From NCBI GenBank assembly GCA_001275005.1, contig JWZX01002490.1:1-36272 (forward strand): a stretch of DNA of 36,272 nucleotides, read 5' to 3'. The notes beneath the pieces are model-generated. The model was not told the origin of the DNA. It saw nothing but the letters and a program-made list of their open reading frames with translations, and did not search any database. This document shows, one piece after another, positions 29,001 through 36,272 of this stretch (its first letter is position 1; each line of letters opens with the position of its first letter). The DNA is from Chrysochromulina tobinii. Its lineage: Eukaryota. The position numbers and the translations under genes were made by a program.

Positions 29001-29947
29001 CTACACACGAGTCCTGCAAACCATTAATAATAATGCTCGCTGATCGCGCCCTCCTTCGCGCGGGTGTCGGAAATCATCTCGGAGTTTGAGATGTTCGAGA
29101 TCAGATCGTCCGCTTTTAGGTCTTGCGAGGGTAGCACGGGCCATAGTCACCAGGTTCAATCCCGAGTGGACCCGAGACGTTACAACATCCCCCCCTATAA
29201 TTTGCGTTTCTTACCGGGAAGACGGTCACCGTGCCTCCGGTCAGCGATAGGTGTGCTGCGAGGAAGCTAGGCTTAGAGAGGGAGAGCTCGGAGCAAAAAG
29301 AGACTCATATGTATAGTGTATTATAGATTCATGTGACATGTGACTGTGCACTGTCACGTGTCAGCGCGACCGGCGCCACCTGTGCGACGTGCCGCTGCCG
29401 CCAGCCGGACCGAGCCGGTGCGCGCGGTGGGGACGTCTGGGAGGAAGGAGCTCTGTCAGCTGCGTGGTGCGTGTGGCGCATCGACAAGGCATAACGCATG
29501 TGCCGATGTGAGCTTGGCGATCTTGTTGTGCGTATGTTTGTGGTTTCCGTCGTTAACTCGTTATATTCAATATTGTTATATTGATGGCTCAGGAAATTCT
29601 CTGAAAAAGAGACAGAGAACGACTGTACGTAACGTCACGCCGCTACAGTCAACAGTTGATCTCCCCACTCCCGCCGGCGCCGCCTCGGAAAAAGCAACCC
29701 GACGCGAGCGCGGGCCGGCGCGCCAGTGCGTCCCCGTTGATTCGACAGAGTCATTTGAAATTGTGCCCGTCACGCTTTGGAGCCTGTGCAGAGCGCCAGG
29801 GCTCCTCGGCCTTCTGAGCGTGGGTGGGGTCTCTGTGGTTCTCTGTCTCTCTGTGGCGCGCATCCAGTGCGCGCGAGAAGAAAGAGAGAGAGGATATGGA
29901 CACAGGCTCGAGAGCCCCTGCGTGCGGCCTCCTTACGCACGCCAGGG

Positions 29948-31123
29948 TCACTTGCTCGAGGGTAGTGGGAGGTAATTGGATGGGGCAGTCGCGCTCCTGG
30001 GCGTCCACGCGTACAGGAAGATGGACAGGATGACGAAGAAGGCACCTGCAGCGAAGGTGCCGTTCGGCTCAAAGCCGAAGAGCGGGATAGAGGCAACACA
30101 CGAGACGAGGATGGCAACAGCCATGGCGAGATTTTTGAGGTTGTTGTCGGCAAAGCGGATGACGATGGCGACGAGCAGGCCGCCGAAGGCAAACATGAAC
30201 ACCACCGCCCACGTCGAGGGGCAGAAACCCACCATCCAGCCTTGGGTCTGCACCTTGTCCCAGTCCCCCGGCGTGCGGTAGACGGCGAGGAGCTGCAGCG
30301 GGATCGAAAAGATGCACAGCTGCACGTTGCGCACCCAGATGGAGGTCTTGTCGCCCTTTAGGATGCGCTCGAGGTACACGGAGGCGAAGCCCGAGCAAAT
30401 CGACACACCGAGCGCCGCCATCACGCCTATAGCCGCGTCGCCCTTGTAGAGACTCTCACCGGGCTTGCGCTGCGACGACTGCGCCAACACGACGCCGGCC
30501 ACGAGCACAGTGAGCGCGCACCATTGGTTGCAGCGCAGTTGCTTGGCGAGGATGACCACGCCGAAGATGGCTGTCGAGAGCGTCTTCGTCTGATAAAGGA
30601 GCTGGAGCAGCTCGGCACCTAGGTGCGTTGCGGCGACGAACTGCAGGTTGTTCTGCAGCGTGTAGCAGAGCGCGGGCACGGAGACCTTGATGGTGTCCAT
30701 CTTGCGCTGCCAGATGTCGCGGTCGAGCACCACGAAAGCAGAGAGCGGGCCGCCTTCGGTAAAGCACAGCACGAACACGCAGAAGACCAGCTTGCAGATC
30801 TCAGCAAAGAGCACGGCGACGGAGACCACATATTGCGAGCACTCGCCTGGCACGACGCGCGAGTACCGCAGGAGGAGCACGCTGCGCGGGCGAACGGCGA
30901 TCAACGAAGGGCTTCAGCTCGATTGCATGCCTACGGGCAGAGCTGCGCAGGGGCTGTGACTTCTGCCGCGCACGCACTGTGACGAGTTCTGCAAAATGAG
31001 GAAGCCGAGGCTGCCATACTTCAGGAGAGTTCCCAGGCGCTCCTCCGACCGCTGCGCATTGCTCGACGACGACGACTCAAGGAGCCGCTCCTTGTCCGAC
31101 GACTCAGAATTGTAGAGCTTCAT
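29948..31123 (-). CDS. Nucleotide-sugar transporter, SLC35A (UDP-galactose/CMP-sialic acid) family; join(31123..30978,30881..29948)
   Basis: Motifs LKYGSL...LQN, LLRYSR, AEICKL, SVPALCYTLQNNLQFVA, YQTKTLSTA, SGFASVYLERILKG, SIWVRNVQL and GGLLVAIVIRFADNNLK. A 96-nt GTGCGT...CGCAG intron lies at 30977-30882. Confidence 0.93.
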
Positions 31124-31296
31124 GTGACGTTAGGAGGCCAGTGTAAGGGCAACGAAACTCGTACCGCGGGACAGGGCTGAACTCACACAGCTGTCTGACA
31201 GCTGGGAGAAGTGTCCCCTCACGCGCCGAACCGGTTGATTTACCTCGGAAGCGCCGCGATTTCCTCTCAGCAAGTCATGCTCCACAATCGAGTCGG

Positions 31297-32964
31297 ATGG
31301 ACACCCCTCTCGCCTCCACTCACTCGCTCGCCGTGACCCCCCAGTCACTCTTGAAGCGCAAGTCGACGGACCGCGCCTTCGGCGTTGCGTACGTGATCGT
31401 GCTGCTCGTCACCTTCGGCATTGCCATCGCCGCTGGGCTCAAGAACAACATCGATGGCATGCTGCACGATGCACAGTGTGGTCCGCAGTCGGGCAACATC
31501 AACGGCACGGATGCGTTTACTGCGAACGCCATCGTAGCTGAGGTGCCCGAGCTTCTCGCCATCCCGATCATCTCCGTGCTCATCGGCATGGCCTGGATGG
31601 GGGCGATGCGTGCCTGCGCAAAAGGTATGGTCTACGGCACCCTTATTGGTCAAGGCCTCGTGCTCGGTGGGCTCACTCTCGCCTTTCTCGCGATCCCGGG
31701 GTTGACCATTTTGGCCATTTTCTTCGGCATCATCTTCGCCATGTACATCCTGATGCTCTTCTGTGCGCGCAAGAAGATCAACCTGACGGCCACGCTGATT
31801 GAGCAGGCAGCCACGGTCGTCCAGGTCCACCCGCAAGTCTTCCTCTCCTCGGTGCTCCTGATGATTCTCGGTGCCATCGTGTACGGCGCCTGCACCGCGG
31901 CTGCCCTCCTCCTCCTCACCAACGGCGACTGGGTCCTGTCCAACTCGACGTCAGATGGGGTCGTGACGTCCGGGTCCGGGACGACCTGCCAGCGGCAAAT
32001 CCCGAATGCAGCGGTCGCAGGGCTGAGCTTCGTTGGATTCGCATCGCTGTGGTCGGTCGAGGTCTTCTCCGCGATGCGCTTCTACGTCGTCTCGTTCGTG
32101 ACGGGCGTCTGGTACTTTAAGGCCTCGGGCATGGCAGCACAGGAGGGCGGCTCGGGCACCGTGACCAACCCGGTGACCACGGCGACCAAGCTGGCCTTCA
32201 CCAAGTCCTTCGGCACGATCTGCCTCACCGCGCTCATCATGTACATCATCGAGCAGCTCCGCCGTTTGGCCAAGAAGCAATCGCAAAACAACGGCCTGGC
32301 CGGCGTCCTCATCGCGTGCTGCATCAACTGCCTCGTCGCGTATCTCGAGTTTATCACGCGCTTCGCCCTCACTCTCCACGCGCTCACCGGCGATGACCTC
32401 AGCACGTCGGCACGCACCTTCACGTCGCACCTGAACCGGCACGGCTTCAGCGCGGTCTGGGTCAACTGGATCGCGAACTGGGTCTTCCACTTCGGCGCGT
32501 TCGTGCTCTCGCTGCTCATCACAGCCATCTGCCTCGTCATCACGAGCAAGTCGCAGCCTGGAGCTTCAGTTGGGGTCTTCGTTGCCGTTGGGATCCTCTC
32601 GTTTATCTTCGCGATCGTCTTCCTCAGCTTCGTCGCCGGCATCCTACTCAACGTCATCGACGCGTGCTACTCGTGCCTCATCCTCGACCTCGACCACGGC
32701 GCCCAGAGCCAGCCCCAAGTGGCCCAGGCAATCCTCATCATCGTCAAACCCACGTATGTCATCCAACATCCGGGCGGTGGCCTCGCCGTCACAGTGGAGC
32801 AGCCCACGGCGGCCGTCGCGTACGCGCAGCCGTACGCCGCGCAGCCGAACATGGCGTATGGGCAGCCGAACATGACGTATGTGCAGGCGCAGCCGCTCGA
32901 CCCGAATGCGCAGCCGCCCACGGCGTACGCGCGCCCCATCGTCAGCGAGTACATTGCCAAGTGA
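31297..32964 (+). CDS. Choline transporter-like (CTL/SLC44/Pns1) membrane protein
   Basis: RKSTDRAF at the N-terminus, about 10 hydrophobic segments, RKKINLTATLIEQA, GVWYF, TKSFGTICLTALI, YLEFITRFA...ALTGDDLSTSAR and VIDACYSC. Confidence 0.88.
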   Translation: MDTPLASTHSLAVTPQSLLKRKSTDRAFGVAYVIVLLVTFGIAIAAGLKNNIDGMLHDAQCGPQSGNINGTDAFTANAIVAEVPELLAIPIISVLIGMAWMGAMRACAKGMVYGTLIGQGLVLGGLTLAFLAIPGLTILAIFFGIIFAMYILMLFCARKKINLTATLIEQAATVVQVHPQVFLSSVLLMILGAIVYGACTAAALLLLTNGDWVLSNSTSDGVVTSGSGTTCQRQIPNAAVAGLSFVGFASLWSVEVFSAMRFYVVSFVTGVWYFKASGMAAQEGGSGTVTNPVTTATKLAFTKSFGTICLTALIMYIIEQLRRLAKKQSQNNGLAGVLIACCINCLVAYLEFITRFALTLHALTGDDLSTSARTFTSHLNRHGFSAVWVNWIANWVFHFGAFVLSLLITAICLVITSKSQPGASVGVFVAVGILSFIFAIVFLSFVAGILLNVIDACYSCLILDLDHGAQSQPQVAQAILIIVKPTYVIQHPGGGLAVTVEQPTAAVAYAQPYAAQPNMAYGQPNMTYVQAQPLDPNAQPPTAYARPIVSEYIAK

Positions 32965-33419
32965 GTCCAAGCTCATCTTCAGCTTAAGGCGGCCATGGAG
33001 ATCTCCAAACATGCATGTTGGCGGGGTGGGAGATCGTGTTCTCGGGGGAAGAGGGGGAGGGGGGCCAAGGCGGGCCGCAATGACGGTACAAGCACCGCTC
33101 GGCGGCGGAGTAGATGTGCATCATGTGACGATGTGAGCAAGGGCTGCACAACGGCGAAAAAGAGCTTTGGGGCACAAGGTTAGCACCGTGCACATGCGGC
33201 AAGTAGTAGGGCACCGACCCGTGGTGCGCGCACTTGTCGCAGGAAAAGCAGGATCGATCGGTTTGTCGTTCAAACGATAGAGATCTAATTGAGCTCAATT
33301 GCGATCCAAAACGAGCGACACGACAAAGAGCGTCTTGTTGAGCGGCACGCGGCTGACCCTGACGATGCTCGATGGGGCCCTTGGTCTTCACGACGTAAGT
33401 TCGGGATCGTCGGCGTCAG

Positions 33420-33887
33420 ATGCACGCCTTCACGTTCATACTGTGTGCCGCTATAGGCACCACAGGGAACGCCATTGAGGACGACCGTGAGCGCTGGCCG
33501 CTGATTTTTGCTGCTGGCGAGGGCGACGCAAAGACGGTTAAATCACTGCTAGACAGCGGTGTGGATGTGCATCAGAGGAGCAAGGACGGCGAGTCGGCGC
33601 TGCACGTGGCTGCCATACGAGGCTCGTTGGAAACGGCGCAGCATCTGCTTCGTGCTGGTGCACTGGTGGATGCCCGTACGCCTAGGGGTAGCACATTACA
33701 CATGACGCCCACAATGTGGGCACTCTACCATGGGCAGACCGAACTGGTGAAACTCCTGCTTAGTTCTGGTGCTGACCCGAACGCTGAGGACGAGAACGGC
33801 AAGTCGCTCCTGAGGATGGCCCAGGAGGCGCGACAACCTGCAATTGAGGCCATGTTGCGCGCGAAAATCGCCGGGACAAGTTTGTGA
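33420..33887 (+). CDS. Ankyrin-repeat protein with predicted signal peptide
   Basis: Repeats PLIFAAGEGD, DGESALHVAAIRG, TPTMWALYHGQTELVKLLLSSGADPN and NGKSLL. The N-terminus is MHAFTFILCAAIGTTG. Confidence 0.9.
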   Translation: MHAFTFILCAAIGTTGNAIEDDRERWPLIFAAGEGDAKTVKSLLDSGVDVHQRSKDGESALHVAAIRGSLETAQHLLRAGALVDARTPRGSTLHMTPTMWALYHGQTELVKLLLSSGADPNAEDENGKSLLRMAQEARQPAIEAMLRAKIAGTSL

Positions 33888-34187
33888 TGGTGTGTCGGCT
33901 GGTGGCGCACTGGCGGTCTGGCGCTCAACGTGATACAGCTGAAGCGCATGATTGTCGACCTAAGCATTAGTAGCGGCTGACTCAGCTGCGGCAACATGTC
34001 GAAGTCCTGCCACCGCTCTCAGCCTCTCACCCAGGAGAACTCTGGCGCTGTGCGTTACATGTATTGATTGTTCATGTCGTCGTGTCGCAGCCAGAAAACT
34101 CAGGCAGAATCGTCCAGAATCGTGCCCTCACTCCCTCCCCGCGCCAGTGTCAAGCAAAGTGGGGAAGTGTGCGAAAGAAAGTGTGAG

Positions 34188-34237
34188 CTTGACTTGACTT
34201 GACTTGACTTGACTTGACTTGACTTGACTTGCTTGAC
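34188..34237 (+). repeat. (CTTGA)n pentanucleotide microsatellite
   Basis: Eight perfect CTTGA units at 34188-34227, followed by cttg-cttgac. Confidence 0.95.
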
Positions 34238-34317
34238 GTCGTGTCCCTGGTCGCATCAGCCAGGAGTCGGGGTCGGTCGCGAACATCTCGTTGCTTTGAT
34301 TGATCGGGACGGTGCTC

Positions 34318-35982
34318 ATGCAATCCATCGGGACCATGCCACCACAGTTTGCTGTCAATCGCGGCTCCGTGATCACCGCCTCCAAGCGGCCGCCTAACAC
34401 GGCGACGGCACCTCCTCGCGAGAAGCGCCTTCGTGCCATCGCACAACCCCTCAAACTGCCTGTCGAGGTGGCCTCGCTGTTGGGGCCACTGGCGGACAGC
34501 TTCAACCGGCTCACGGACTGCGAGGAACGGATCGACCAGGCCATCGCGCGCGGCAAGCATGAGCTGCGCACCACGCTCTCGGGCGTCGCCGAGGGCAAGG
34601 AGATCGCACCTGCTCTCAACGCTTGCAGCCCACGGCAGATCCTGCGCTGCGTGCGTGTGTTCGTGTCGAGCACGTATGACCCAGGCCGCGAGGAGCTCGA
34701 TCCGGCCGCGTTGGCCCACGCGGCTGCGCGTGGCGAAGAGCCCGCGCACGCCGGCGCGTGGTCGCTGCAGGTGTTGGCGGCAGCACGCACCGGCAAGGGG
34801 GACGGCGATTCCGCCTTCAGCGAGCATGTGCCGCTGCATCGATTCTTCGACATCGTGCAGGTGCAGATCGCGGCGCAGCCGCAGACGATCAAGACCGAGT
34901 GGCGGGCCACCGAGGGCGAGGAACCGCACTGCCCCGGCATCGTGATCAATCGCACCACCCCAAGTGGCGCACCCGCTCCGTCGGAGCTCCCTTCGCGCAT
35001 CGCTCTGCGTCTCAAGCAGCGCTCTCTCAGCTCGGGCGCTGGCCCAGTCGCGCCGCTCGCGCGCGTGAGCGTGAGCCGCAGTCTCGCGGCGCTGCTGCAG
35101 CTCGCGCCAGAGAGCCACTACAGCTACATCGAGGTCGAGGAGGCCCTCTGGCTCTTTGTGCGCGATCGCGGGCTTCTCGAGGCCAATAAGCGCGACGGCA
35201 GCGCGGCGCTGCGAGTAGGCAACCACGCAGGGCTGGCGAGCGCGCTGGGCATCGACCCGAGGGTGGTGCGGCTTCTGACGCTCTCCGAGCTCCACCGTCA
35301 CCTCCATCCTCAACTCAAGCTTTGGGAGCCGCCGCCGCTGATGCACACGATCGTGCCTGGGACCTCCACCTCAGTGCTCGAGGTGCTGTTGCCGGATGAC
35401 GAACCGCTGCACCAGCACCGGCACACCGCGCTGAACCGGCTCACCGCCATGGACGCCAAACGCCCCTCCGCCCTCGCGCCGCTTGACCTGAAGCTCGAAC
35501 ACACGCTACGCAAGCTCGTTGACGTGGCCGACAAGCGGCGCTGGTTGCAAGCCCTGCTGTTTGCCGACGATGACGACGCTGACGACCCGAACGGGGCGGC
35601 AGCGGCCGACGAAGAGGCGGATCCTGACGAAGCGGGCGACAAAGTGCAGGTCAAGATGGAGGCTGAGAGCCCAGAGGACGTTGCAGCGACAGCAGCGGCG
35701 CTGGCGCTACCGGCGGCCGCAGCTGCTGCCACGGGACGGCGGTTGCGCCCACTGTCAGGCTTTGCTCGAGCGCTGCTCAACTCAAACCTGCACGCGGCCA
35801 CGCACGCACTCCGGCCGCACATGCTCACGACGCCGTGCCTGCCGCCGCCATTGCCCGCCGAGCACGAGGCGCCGCCACCTCCCGATCCGACTATGCGAGC
35901 TTTCGACGGCCCGTGGACTGCCTTTGCTATCCGTGCCTACCTTGCTGACTCCCAACGCCGCCGTCGGCCGACACCCGGGTAA
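34318..35982 (+). CDS. SWI/SNF subunit BAF60/SMARCD/SWP73-like, SWIB domain
   Basis: Collinear BAF60-like blocks: FNRLTDCEERIDQAIARGK, VRVFVSST, AWSLQV, RFFDIVQV, EWR, GIVINR, SRSLAALL...VEEALWLFVRDRGL and PPPLMHTI. Start is ATG 34318 or the next in-frame Met. Confidence 0.8.
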   Translation: MQSIGTMPPQFAVNRGSVITASKRPPNTATAPPREKRLRAIAQPLKLPVEVASLLGPLADSFNRLTDCEERIDQAIARGKHELRTTLSGVAEGKEIAPALNACSPRQILRCVRVFVSSTYDPGREELDPAALAHAAARGEEPAHAGAWSLQVLAAARTGKGDGDSAFSEHVPLHRFFDIVQVQIAAQPQTIKTEWRATEGEEPHCPGIVINRTTPSGAPAPSELPSRIALRLKQRSLSSGAGPVAPLARVSVSRSLAALLQLAPESHYSYIEVEEALWLFVRDRGLLEANKRDGSAALRVGNHAGLASALGIDPRVVRLLTLSELHRHLHPQLKLWEPPPLMHTIVPGTSTSVLEVLLPDDEPLHQHRHTALNRLTAMDAKRPSALAPLDLKLEHTLRKLVDVADKRRWLQALLFADDDDADDPNGAAAADEEADPDEAGDKVQVKMEAESPEDVAATAAALALPAAAAAATGRRLRPLSGFARALLNSNLHAATHALRPHMLTTPCLPPPLPAEHEAPPPPDPTMRAFDGPWTAFAIRAYLADSQRRRRPTPG

Positions 35983-36272
35983 GGTTCGTAATCGACCTGG
36001 AGCTCGCCAGGCGATGCTGTGACGGTGCTGCGCGTGCAGCAGCATGACGCGGCTAGCTCCTAGCTGTGCTACTCGTTCTTGCGTAGGGCGACATCGCTCC
36101 GAGTTGCGCGTCCGGCGCGCGGGACGCCCAGGGCCGATCGGCGTCCTTCGCCATGTGTATGCGCATGGTATGCGCGTGCGGCGCCGGTTTCACATATTAA
36201 GTAACTACGACGCGGCACGCAGGTGCGCTCCCGCGGGCAACGCCAACGCTCCTGGGCGCGTCACGCCGCGCG

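Noticed and set aside
29118..29180. Possible hairpin with GGTTCAATCCC, suggesting a tRNA or snRNA
   Set aside because: Only partial pairing, with no cloverleaf or recognisable snRNA motif.
34128..35346. 295-aa and 398-aa minus-strand ORFs ending in SSQVK repeats
   Set aside because: They are antisense to the BAF60-like gene, and the repeats are translations of the CTTGA microsatellite.

Overview
GC-rich, gene-dense eukaryotic DNA with short GT-AG introns and several head-to-head gene pairs. The composition and bipartite-looking presequences suggest an alga with a complex plastid, such as a haptophyte (inference only). Recognisable genes: a family I inorganic pyrophosphatase with a signal peptide, a kinesin-8, an EGF-repeat membrane protein, a ChAPs/Bud7-like exomer adaptor, a 2OG-Fe(II) oxygenase, an EF-hand protein, a two-repeat Myb factor, a homeodomain protein, a Met-gamma-lyase/aluminium-resistance family PLP enzyme, an SLC35A nucleotide-sugar transporter, a CTL/SLC44 transporter, an ankyrin protein and a BAF60/SWIB protein. 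The most notable gene is an intronless 1222-aa ORF (19260-22928, minus) that reads as a TRPM-type SLOG domain plus two SLATT 2TM domains, an architecture known from bacterial nucleotide-sensing conflict systems. The left end is accessory-looking. It holds a >409-codon pyrimidine-skewed minus-strand ORF missing from the ORF track, a 2x107-bp tandem repeat, a 358-bp TTAA-flanked MITE, and about 1 kb around that MITE whose 4-mer usage is the mirror image of neighbouring DNA. All family calls come from motif recognition by eye; no searches were run.
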